Shown here piece after piece: positions 30,201 to 37,159 of a DNA stretch of 64,000 nt. Within the stretch, counting starts at the first letter, position 1; every line of letters begins with the position of its first letter. This DNA comes from an uncultured Gammaproteobacteria bacterium (GTDB lineage Bacteria > Patescibacteriota > Patescibacteriia > XYB2-FULL-38-15). Where the stretch lies: positions 536,909-600,908 of the forward strand of contig OZ246416.1 in the NCBI GenBank assembly GCA_965231095.1, given 5' to 3'. The notes under the pieces were generated by a model. It ran no database searches. It saw only the letters and a list, made by a program, of their open reading frames with translations, and was not told the origin of the DNA. Made by a program: the position numbers and the translations under genes.

Positions 30201-30445
30201 TCGCCCCGCATCCGATGATAGCGAATTAAAATATCCTCCACCGCAAGCATTACGGCATGGCCCAAATGCAGGGTGCCGGTCACATTCGGCGGCGGCATAA
30301 TAATGGAAAATGATTTCCCTTGTCCAAGGCGATCTCTGGCTTGACGCGGCAAATTATCTGGATTAAAATACCCAGATTTCTCCCATTTTCCGTAAATCTC
30401 GTCTTCTACGGCTTTTGGATTGTACGCTTTCTCTAACTCTCGCAT
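27239..30445 (-). CDS. valS: Valine--tRNA ligase (1068 aa) carrying an inserted histidine-phosphatase (PGAM-like) domain.
   Basis: PPPNVTGTLHLGHA, KMSKSLGN, C-terminal coiled coil. Insertion at aa ~447-625 (nt 28573-29107) with LFMRHGEAKSN and VVTHGDV motifs between CAKC and CPAC. Confidence 0.9.
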   Translation of the reverse strand: MRELEKAYNPKAVEDEIYGKWEKSGYFNPDNLPRQARDRLGQGKSFSIIMPPPNVTGTLHLGHAVMLAVEDILIRYHRMRGERTLWLPGTDHAAIATQTKVEKLLKEREGKTRHDLGREKFLGEVEKFITSTKSTIKNQIKKMGSSCDWSREAYTLDEPRSRAVRTVFKMMYDDGLIYRGERIVNWDPALQTTVSDDEVEWIEQKIPFYYFKYGPFVISTARPETKFGDKYVVMHPDDKRYKKYKHGEKLTVEWINGKITATVIKDRAIDMDFGTGVMTITPWHDATDFEIAERHNLDKEQIIDFDGKLLPIAGEFAGMKIGEAREKIVEKLRAKGLVDHIDGNYVHRVAINSRGEGLIEPQIKKQWFVNVNKPIKRRGGKTLKKLMREAVEGGKIKIIPERFSKTYFHWIDNLRDWNISRQIWFGHQIPVWYCAKCNEPAVTDFAPTEILFMRHGEAKSNLSNKLNSDVSKQTNGLTENGEKEIREISKEIENKNFSVIFCSDFKRTKDTAAIINENLHLPIIEDKRLREVGVGEFEGGPDFELDNFRKNNFEAWQSGNPKGIESFESLKSRVFEFLEEVTKKYAGKKILVVTHGDVCRMVQGFKTNLASNKDFLKLDYPKPAGSLEIKFAPVSCPACGQKDLKQDPDTLDTWFSSGLWTFSTLGWPEKTKDLKTYHPTSVLETGYDILFFWIARMILMTTYVLGDIPFHNVYLHGLIRDEKGRKMSKSLGNIIDPLDMIEKYGTDAVRLSLVLGTSPGNDMKLSDEKIAGFRNFTNKLWNIGRYVIEKSKVKSQKSKLQLKSKNLTLAEKWILSRLNDVVAEVTKHLDNFEFSQAGEKLRAFSWDEFADWYIEINKIQPNNLLLVNCYSLIVKLWHPFMPYVTEELWPNFGGNLLMISEWPKTEKKLIDKKAEKDFEILKNVVVAIRAMRADYKIEPAKRVSVEMYGGAKTKFLEEQAGIIRSLARVENLVIKKSGAKPEWSAGAIAGGIEIYLPLAGLIDVPKEKARLEKELAEAEKYLGVLENKLSNKAFLQNAPKELVAGEKEKLGLQKEKVKKIKEQLKSLE

Positions 30446-30605
30446 AATAAAACTTTGCCTTTATTAATTCCTAAATTTTAACAGAAAAACCCTAAAATCA
30501 CAACCTTTCTTAATTGACACTATTCTCGCCCTAGACTATACTATCATACTACCCAAGAAAAACACCTAACTTTTAACTTTAGACTTTTAACTTTCAACTG
30601 ATTTT

Positions 30606-31763
30606 GTGGCTTTAAATACAAACCAACAAATATTTGAATCACTGCAAAAAAGCAGTCATCCCCTGATCGCTTTTCGCAAAAACTGGAGCGGCGACGCCGT
30701 AGCCACTAGTTTGGCGTTGCGCGCCGTTTTACGAAAACTAGGTAAACCGATGGTTGAGGTGGCCTCGGACGGTTTTTCCGCGCCAAAAAATTTGAATTTC
30801 CTTCCGGAGATTGGCGCCATCAAACCAAACCTCAATAATTTACGAAAATTAATCATCAGTTTGGACGTCGCCGGAAATCCGATCGGCGGCCTGCATTATG
30901 AAATGAACGGAGACAAATTAAATATTTTTGTCGCGCCGGAGGAAAAAACTCTTGATGGAAAAAATATTTCCACTTCGCTCTCCGACTACCGGCATGATCT
31001 TGCCATAGTACTTGACACGCCGGATCTTGAATCGCTGGGAAGTGTCTATCACCAAAATTCTGATTTTTTTTACCGCACCCCGGTTGTAAATATTGACCAC
31101 AGTCCGACGAACGAACATTTTGGCCAAATAAATCTTGTGGAAATGAACGCCACTTCAACTTCGGAAATTCTTTTTAACTTTTTGGAATCGCTTGACCCGC
31201 GGTTGATTGACGAAGAAGTCGCCACCTTGCTTTTGGCTGGCATGATTTCCAAAACCAGAAGTTTTAAATCTCCAAACGTCACCCCGCGAACGCTCGGCAT
31301 CGCTTCTCAACTTATCGCCCGCGGCGCCCGGCGAGAAGAAATTATAAAAAATCTTTATCAAACAAAAACCATCGGCACCTTAAAACTTTGGGGACGGGTT
31401 TTAATGCGCTTAAAGAGTGATCCGTCCACCAAAATCGTCTGGTCGCTTTTGACGCGCGATGATTTTACCACTTCCGGCGCGGAAGTTGAAGAACTCCCGG
31501 AAGTAATTGACGAGCTGATTGCCAATTCTCCCGAGGCAAACATCGTGGTGCTTTTTTATGAAATACCTTATCTTAATTCTCCGGAAACAAAAATCTGCTG
31601 CCTTGTAAAAACTTTGCGCGGCACCACGGCCGACCGGCTAATTTCCCGCGCCGCCGACGGCGGAAAAGACTTCAAACAATTCTGCTTGACGGGCACGCGC
31701 CTCGCTGACGCGGAAAAGGAAATTATTGAAGAGATTAAAATGAATTTGCTTTTAAAAAAATAA
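30606..31763 (+). CDS. DHH/DHHA1-family (NrnA-like) protein with degenerate catalytic motifs. Possible pseudoenzyme.
   Basis: Family-like layout, but motif I is WSGDAVATSLAL (not HxxPDGD), motif III is NIDHSP (DHS not DHH), and GGGH is replaced by DGGK. Confidence 0.5.
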   Translation: MALNTNQQIFESLQKSSHPLIAFRKNWSGDAVATSLALRAVLRKLGKPMVEVASDGFSAPKNLNFLPEIGAIKPNLNNLRKLIISLDVAGNPIGGLHYEMNGDKLNIFVAPEEKTLDGKNISTSLSDYRHDLAIVLDTPDLESLGSVYHQNSDFFYRTPVVNIDHSPTNEHFGQINLVEMNATSTSEILFNFLESLDPRLIDEEVATLLLAGMISKTRSFKSPNVTPRTLGIASQLIARGARREEIIKNLYQTKTIGTLKLWGRVLMRLKSDPSTKIVWSLLTRDDFTTSGAEVEELPEVIDELIANSPEANIVVLFYEIPYLNSPETKICCLVKTLRGTTADRLISRAADGGKDFKQFCLTGTRLADAEKEIIEEIKMNLLLKK

Positions 31764-31787
31764 TCGTATAAAATATATAAGGTATGG

Positions 31788-31864
31788 GGGCGGCTAGCTC
31801 AGCTGGTTAGAGCGTTACATTGACATTGTAAAGGTCACAGGTTCGACTCCTGTGCCGCCCACCA
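31788..31864 (+). tRNA. tRNA-Val (GAC) with encoded CCA.
   Basis: GGGCGGC TA GCTC AGCTGGTTA GAGC G TTACA TTGACAT TGTAA AGGTC ACAGG TTCGACT CCTGT GCCGCCC A CCA. Confidence 0.9.
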
Positions 31865-31867
31865 AAA

Positions 31868-31895
31868 AATCCCGCTTTCTCGGGATTTTTTGTTT
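31868..31895. terminator. Bidirectional rho-independent terminator (tRNA-Val on +, rubrerythrin on -).
   Basis: aatcccg ctttct cgggatt, flanked by an A-run on one side and a T-run on the other. Confidence 0.65.
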
Positions 31896-31905
31896 TGATA
31901 ATTTT

Positions 31906-32466
31906 CTAATAATTCTGCGCCCACGGTTCGTAATACGCTCTCGGTTTGCCGCAGGCCGGGCATTTGGCCGGCGCCTCGGGGCCTTCGTGGATGTAACCGC
32001 AGTTTAAACATTTCCAACGAATCGGTTGGGCAGTTTTGAAAACCATTTTTTCTTTCACTTTTGCTAAAATAATTTGATATCTTTTTTCATGTTGTTCTTC
32101 AACTTCAGCAATCTCCTTGAACATGTCGGCAATTTCTGTTTCCCCTTCTTCGCGCGCGATTTTTTCAAAACCCGGATACATTTCATTCCATTCCCAATGT
32201 TCCCCGGAGGCCGCGGCTTCTAAATTTTCCGCTGTAGTTCCGATTGCCGGCACGCCGTAATTTTCGAAACTCGTCGTCACTTCGCCTTTCATAAATTCCT
32301 GCTCGCGCTCGGCGTGCGCCCGTTCATTATCCGCTGTTTCTTCAAAAATTCGGGCAATCCCTTCAAACCCTTCTTCTCTCGCCTTCTTGGCAAAAAAAGT
32401 ATATTTGTCGCGAGCCATCGCCTCTCCGGCAAAAGCCTTCCTTAAATTTTCTTGAGTGCGGGACAT
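31906..32466 (-). CDS. rbr: Rubrerythrin (di-iron domain plus C-terminal rubredoxin-like CxxC...CxxC).
   Basis: NLRKAFAGEAMARDKY...ETADNERAHAE. WKCLNCGYIHEGPEAPAKCPACG. Confidence 0.9.
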   Translation of the reverse strand: MSRTQENLRKAFAGEAMARDKYTFFAKKAREEGFEGIARIFEETADNERAHAEREQEFMKGEVTTSFENYGVPAIGTTAENLEAAASGEHWEWNEMYPGFEKIAREEGETEIADMFKEIAEVEEQHEKRYQIILAKVKEKMVFKTAQPIRWKCLNCGYIHEGPEAPAKCPACGKPRAYYEPWAQNY

Positions 32467-32484
32467 AAATAAAATTTTTAAAAT

Positions 32485-32655
32485 TTAAATTTGTTCTTCC
32501 TCTTCTTCGCCTACCGCCCCTTCCTCTTCTTCGCCGTCCATGATTTCCATTTCTTCTTCGCAACAAACCAAGGTTCCGCCGCCGACCTCAGTCACGGTTG
32601 TTTCATTACCGCAAACATTGCAATGATATTTTTCTCCGATGTTTTTGACTGACAT
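32485..32655 (-). CDS. Desulforedoxin-like small protein (56 aa) with an acidic tail. Not in the ORF track (<60 aa).
   Basis: Hand translation: MSVKNIGEKYHCNVCGNETTVTEVGGGTLVCCEEEMEIMDGEEEEGAVGEEEEQI. CxxCG...GGGTLVCC matches the desulforedoxin Fe(Cys)4 signature. Confidence 0.6.
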   Translation of the reverse strand: MSVKNIGEKYHCNVCGNETTVTEVGGGTLVCCEEEMEIMDGEEEEGAVGEEEEEQI

Positions 32656-32690
32656 AAATAATTTTAGATTTAAGATTTAAAATTTCAAAT

Positions 32691-32909
32691 TTATTCTGAT
32701 TTTCCTTTTAAACAATAATATCCTGAATCAAGATGATTTTCTTGATGGACAATACAATTCATGCAGATACAGCCGTTCTGAGGAGTTTCGCAGGAACTTT
32801 TGTCCTTGCCGCAGAAAAGTTTTTGGTTTCCACCGCGCATACAAGCGTTGTAGCTCGGGCACGGCTCGCAAGCACATTTTGTAAAATTCTCTTGATTGTC
32901 TTCTACCAT
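32691..32909 (-). CDS. Cys-rich small protein (72 aa, 12 Cys). Probable metal-binding protein.
   Basis: CACEPCPSYNACMRGG...CGKDKSSCETPQNGCICMNCIVHQ. Confidence 0.45.
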   Translation of the reverse strand: MVEDNQENFTKCACEPCPSYNACMRGGNQKLFCGKDKSSCETPQNGCICMNCIVHQENHLDSGYYCLKGKSE

Positions 32910-32936
32910 AATTCGAAAGTTAATTGTTAATTGTTG

Positions 32937-33728
32937 TCACTCGCAGGCCGGAATTATATTTTTTTTGTAGTCAAACTTCGCTTCGGAAAATTTTATCACA
33001 TTATTGGCTACGGCCCGGACAAACTCACGCGTCCGCTTGTCTTTGGAAAAATAATCTTTGTCTTCTTCCGTTTTAAAAAGCGCGCCATGTGTCGTGTAAG
33101 CAATGCCAAAAGGCGCCAGCACACATCCTGAATTTTGCAGATACATTAAAATATCAAAAGCCGTTTTGTACGCTCCGTCTTCATGCCCGTTTATAATTAT
33201 ACCACAAGTTTTTCCCAGAAGCGGGGTCGTGCCATCCACCAAAAACATATTCTGCACCGCGGTCAGCCGATCTAGAAAATGCTTAAGAAGCGCCGACATA
33301 TTATTCCAGTTTATCGGTGAGACAATTATAAATCCTTTGCACTTTTTGAGCAAAGGATAAAAATACTTCATGTCATCGTCTTGGTTTTGGCAGGGATCGT
33401 GGCAAAGATTTTGAAACATGGAATAACAATGCCAGCAAAGATCCACCCGATACTCGCACAAATTTATCACCTGATAAGATTTTTTCTGTTCCCGAAAAAC
33501 TTCGGCTACCATATCCGTAAAAAGCCGCGTGTTGTGGGCGCGATGTTTTGACCCGTTAATAATCAAGTAGTCAGTCGGCTTCAATTTCTTGGCCCGTTCG
33601 GACGAAGGCGTAACCGGCATCAAATCAAATTCGCCGGCTTCCGCCCCGCAGCGCGGACAATTTTTCGGCGGCTTCTCGCCGGAATGGATAAAGCCGCAAT
33701 TATTACAAACCCACATTTTTTGAGCCAT
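32937..33728 (-). CDS. N-terminal rubredoxin-like zinc/iron ribbon fused to a flavodoxin-like NAD(P)H-dependent FMN reductase.
   Basis: WVCNNCGFIHSGEKPPKNCPRCG. GFIIVSPINWNNMSALLKHFLDRL (NADPH-dependent FMN reductase fold). Confidence 0.55.
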   Translation of the reverse strand: MAQKMWVCNNCGFIHSGEKPPKNCPRCGAEAGEFDLMPVTPSSERAKKLKPTDYLIINGSKHRAHNTRLFTDMVAEVFREQKKSYQVINLCEYRVDLCWHCYSMFQNLCHDPCQNQDDDMKYFYPLLKKCKGFIIVSPINWNNMSALLKHFLDRLTAVQNMFLVDGTTPLLGKTCGIIINGHEDGAYKTAFDILMYLQNSGCVLAPFGIAYTTHGALFKTEEDKDYFSKDKRTREFVRAVANNVIKFSEAKFDYKKNIIPACE

Positions 33729-33737
33729 AAATAAAAT

Positions 33738-34184
33738 TTATTTTACAACTACTCTGCCGGTCATGTTTGGATGAGGCATGCAGTAATAAGGATAAACGCC
33801 CGGCGTTTCAAATTTTTTGGTAAAAGTTTGATCTTTGCCAAAAAGTTCGCTGCCCCAATCATCGCCGGTCACGGTGTGATTTACCGAATCGCGGTTGGTC
33901 CAAGTTACTTCCCCGCCCGCGGCGATGGTCACGCTAGCCGGAGCAAAAGAAAAATTCTGGAGCAAAACCGCGGCTGAATTTGAATATACTTCCGCTTCTG
34001 CCGGCTGGTTCGCGTTCGCGGCTGGCGGAACATTCTCGCTGCCCGGAACTTCAATATTTATTTCCGGAGCGTTAGCCGACGGCGCGTTAACTTCCGGCGC
34101 GGGAGCGGAGGGCGTCCCGTAGCAGCCGGCGCCAAGCATTACTAACGCTAAAAGCGCAAAAATGACGAGAGAATTTTTTTTCAT
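33738..34184 (-). CDS. Secreted cupredoxin (type-1 blue copper protein).
   Basis: Signal peptide. C-terminal YPYYCMPHPNMTGRVVV (Cys...His...Met copper ligands), with an upstream His in VNHTVTGDD. Confidence 0.8.
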   Translation of the reverse strand: MKKNSLVIFALLALVMLGAGCYGTPSAPAPEVNAPSANAPEINIEVPGSENVPPAANANQPAEAEVYSNSAAVLLQNFSFAPASVTIAAGGEVTWTNRDSVNHTVTGDDWGSELFGKDQTFTKKFETPGVYPYYCMPHPNMTGRVVVK

Positions 34185-34189
34185 AAAAT

Positions 34190-34426
34190 TTATTTAATTT
34201 GAAAATCAAAAAACCAAATTCCCAAACCCCAGTAGGCGTGAAAAAACGCCGCCAGCAGAAGCAGCGCGGCATTAACTTTATGAATTTTCAAAAGATTTAT
34301 CCTGCCGCGGCGCGTCATCATTATGCCAAGATAAATTTGAAAAAGTAAAAGCACGCCCAAAATAATCCCAAGCCAAATATTGGCCGGCCGGCCCCAAAGA
34401 AGCGGCACTGTCGTAAAAAATTCCAT
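34190..34426 (-). CDS. Small 2-TM membrane protein (hypothetical).
   Basis: Hydrophobic helices. Confidence 0.35.
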   Translation of the reverse strand: MEFFTTVPLLWGRPANIWLGIILGVLLLFQIYLGIMMTRRGRINLLKIHKVNAALLLLAAFFHAYWGLGIWFFDFQIK

Positions 34427-34504
34427 ATGTTTAGTTGTCGGTTTACAGTTATCAGTTTACGGCTTTTTATGTCCGTGAACCATTGACCGTGAATCGTAAA
34501 CCCC

Positions 34505-34825
34505 CTAGACGCTCTCCCAGAGCCCGTGAATATTACATTCCTCCCGCGCCACCAAAATATCTTCCGGCTTCAAGTCGGGAATTTCAAAAATCGCCTCAGC
34601 CCGCCCTCCCGCTTTAAGATTTTTTCTTTCCACGAGCGCCTTATTTCTATAAAGTTCAATCCACATAATATGATGCGCCTCTTCCATCGGATGCGGCACA
34701 AGCCCAACGCGCACCAAAACGTCACCGCTTGCCCCAACCCGTTCGATCACCGGCGTGTGTTTTTGTTCAAGCTCGGTCGGATTCATAAAATCTTTCATTT
34801 TTTGAACTTCCATATTTTTATACAA
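34505..34825 (-). CDS. Superoxide reductase (neelaredoxin-type, 1Fe-SOR).
   Basis: EQKHTPVIE and CNIHGLWES motifs. 106 aa. Confidence 0.9.
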   Translation of the reverse strand: MYKNMEVQKMKDFMNPTELEQKHTPVIERVGASGDVLVRVGLVPHPMEEAHHIMWIELYRNKALVERKNLKAGGRAEAIFEIPDLKPEDILVAREECNIHGLWESV

Positions 34826-34938
34826 TTAAAAATTATTTTCTCTATTATACCACAAAAAACCGTGCCGGTGCGAACTGCGGACAAAACCTTTTTATTTACC
34901 CCCACGCCAACGCGTTGGTATGGGGTTTATTTTCTTTT

Positions 34939-36087
34939 TTACTTTTTTTCAAAAAACATCAGGGAAAGGATAACCCACAACCCGCCAAAAGCCGCCAGGG
35001 TAAAGACGCAGACAAACGCCCAACCGATAAATGGAATCAAGCCAATCAAACTCGTAAGCGTAATGCCCGCCACCACCGTCTTCCAGCTAAAATGAAAATC
35101 TTTTCCCTTTGAAAAAAGTTTCCAGAGCAAACTTCCCAGCGCCATGCCGCCCAAAGCCGGACTTAAAACCATCAAGAAAAAATATAAAAGCATTCCGCCC
35201 ACACCAAGCACACTGCCGATGATCGTAACTAAAGAAACAATCGCCGCGATCGGCAAACAAATGGCAATAGCCAAACCGCGCAATAAATCCCAACCGAATT
35301 CTTTTGAATTTCTTTTAACAAATTCTTCCGTCTGGCGGCGGAAAATCCCATAAAGAAGCAGCCCGACCAAAAGCACCGACAAAAATTTAAAAATCCAAAC
35401 ACCAAAAATTGTTACCCACAGCGCATTTTTTCCTTCTCTCTCCCAACCCTCAATTTTTTTAAAATCAACCGCTCCGCCAATCGTGGCCGCTGAATCAATC
35501 TGCGCTTCCTCAATCGCCTCATAGGAAAGGGCTCCGGAAATTTCCGCGCCCGGGCCAAGTGTCAATTTTTTAACTTTAGCAAAAACATCGCCAGAAATTT
35601 TTCCATTAATAATCGCTTCTTCACCGTAAATTTTAAGGCCGCTTTTCGTCTCCCCGGAAAACGTCACCATTCCTCCGGCCAAAGCCACATTTTTTCCAAA
35701 AGTCGCTCCTTCCGACACGCTCACCTGGCCGCCCGCCAAAACCGCGTCCCCCGCGACCGCTCCGCCAACCGCCACTGTTCCGCCCGCCGCCCGAAGGTCG
35801 CCGCCGATTAAACCAATCAAACTCACTGTTCCGCCCGCCGCCGCCAAATCATCTCTCACTTCGCCGGTAAAAAGAATCGTTCCGCCGGCCGCCAAAAAAT
35901 CTCCTTCAACTTTTCCGCCCAAAAGTATTGTGCTTCCAGCCGCGTAAAGATTATCAGAAATTGTTTTGTCTTTACCCAGGGTGAGCTCTTCTCCAGCTTG
36001 GAATTCCGCCGCGCCGGTCGGACTTGCGACCAAAACCAAGGCCGCGATTGCGATAATGCCAAAAATTTTCTTGCGCATAAGTGTCAT
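34939..36087 (-). CDS. Membrane protein with an N-terminal bactofilin-like beta-helical repeat domain and C-terminal TM helices.
   Basis: Repeats GDxLAAGGTxxxxGxV x5 after the signal/TM segment. About 4 C-terminal TM helices. Confidence 0.45.
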   Translation of the reverse strand: MTLMRKKIFGIIAIAALVLVASPTGAAEFQAGEELTLGKDKTISDNLYAAGSTILLGGKVEGDFLAAGGTILFTGEVRDDLAAAGGTVSLIGLIGGDLRAAGGTVAVGGAVAGDAVLAGGQVSVSEGATFGKNVALAGGMVTFSGETKSGLKIYGEEAIINGKISGDVFAKVKKLTLGPGAEISGALSYEAIEEAQIDSAATIGGAVDFKKIEGWEREGKNALWVTIFGVWIFKFLSVLLVGLLLYGIFRRQTEEFVKRNSKEFGWDLLRGLAIAICLPIAAIVSLVTIIGSVLGVGGMLLYFFLMVLSPALGGMALGSLLWKLFSKGKDFHFSWKTVVAGITLTSLIGLIPFIGWAFVCVFTLAAFGGLWVILSLMFFEKK

Positions 36088-36112
36088 AGTTAAAACTAAA
36101 TTAATTAAAAAA

Positions 36113-36652
36113 TTATTTATTCGCTTCCCCGTCCGGCAAAACCATAATTACTTTTTTGCCCCTTGACCCCAAATGTTTTGGCATCATTTGCCAGAAATAA
36201 AACAGGATGGAAAGATTTAAAATAATGGCTAAAAGTTTGAAAAAAGAAAAATCAATCGCGAGAGCCACAATGCCGTAAATTGCCACGCCGGAAAAGAAAA
36301 TAATTCCTATGTCCCGGATAAGCCACGATCGAAACCAAACGGCAAGAGCAATGCCAAAATCAATGATACCCAAAATCACCAAGCCCAACCCCAAGGAAAT
36401 TGACCTTTGTAAAATTCCGCTCGGATCGTGCGCCGCGAGCCAGTTTATAAAAATCCCCTGCGGATCTTCGGCAAGTTCCCGTGCGATCAGATTATGAATA
36501 AAATCGCTGGCCGCGACGTGGCGAATTAAGGAACTGAAAATCAGGGCGAGCGTTCCTAAAATAATTTCCAAGAGCCCCCAAACGCCCTTATAAAAAACTA
36601 TTAAGATCAGGCCGAGCGGGCGTTTAAAATATTGATCAAGTTTTTTAAACAT
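36113..36652 (-). CDS. Integral membrane protein (hypothetical).
   Basis: Several TM helices. Confidence 0.4.
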   Translation of the reverse strand: MFKKLDQYFKRPLGLILIVFYKGVWGLLEIILGTLALIFSSLIRHVAASDFIHNLIARELAEDPQGIFINWLAAHDPSGILQRSISLGLGLVILGIIDFGIALAVWFRSWLIRDIGIIFFSGVAIYGIVALAIDFSFFKLLAIILNLSILFYFWQMMPKHLGSRGKKVIMVLPDGEANK

Positions 36653-36713
36653 GAAAAATGAAAAACCGTTTATATATATGTTATAGCATTTAGAACCTAA
36701 CGATTTCCTGAAA

Positions 36714-36965
36714 TTATCTTCGCCGGGAAATTCGCCAAACCGAGGCCAGGGCCGAAAGCGTAGCGATAAAGAAAATTATCGCGAGGGCGTTTGCCGGCAC
36801 ACCCCAACCGTAGAGTTTTACAAGATCATAAAAAACATAAAGCGCGAAGGTGAAAGCAAAGCCATACATATACGAACGCCCGCGAAAAGCGGAGATAGCG
36901 GCGATAAGCGCGACCAGGCCTTCAAGGGCGATGGAGGCGATTTGAAGAATTTGCATGTAATTCAT
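36714..36965 (-). CDS. Small 3-TM membrane protein (hypothetical).
   Basis: Hydrophobic ORF. Confidence 0.35.
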   Translation of the reverse strand: MNYMQILQIASIALEGLVALIAAISAFRGRSYMYGFAFTFALYVFYDLVKLYGWGVPANALAIIFFIATLSALASVWRISRRR

Positions 36966-37159
36966 AAGATGAAAATTAATAATCTTAAATAAATTATCTC
37001 AAAAAATTGGTGGCGAGTCAAAGAGAGAAGGAGGATAACCCCATTAGAAGTTTATGAGAATCCACGCATTCGGCGGATCGCGGGGTAAATAAAAAAACCG
37101 CCTCTCCTCCCCCATCGAGAAACGGTTTTTGTTTCGGCTCTCTTCTCTCTGTCAGCCGT

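Noticed and set aside
34826-34938. Fur/PerR-type box upstream of the superoxide reductase gene (ttatacaattaaaaattat).
   Set aside because: It is only a partial, AT-rich resemblance to TTATAATnATTATAA. The match is not convincing in an AT-rich genome.
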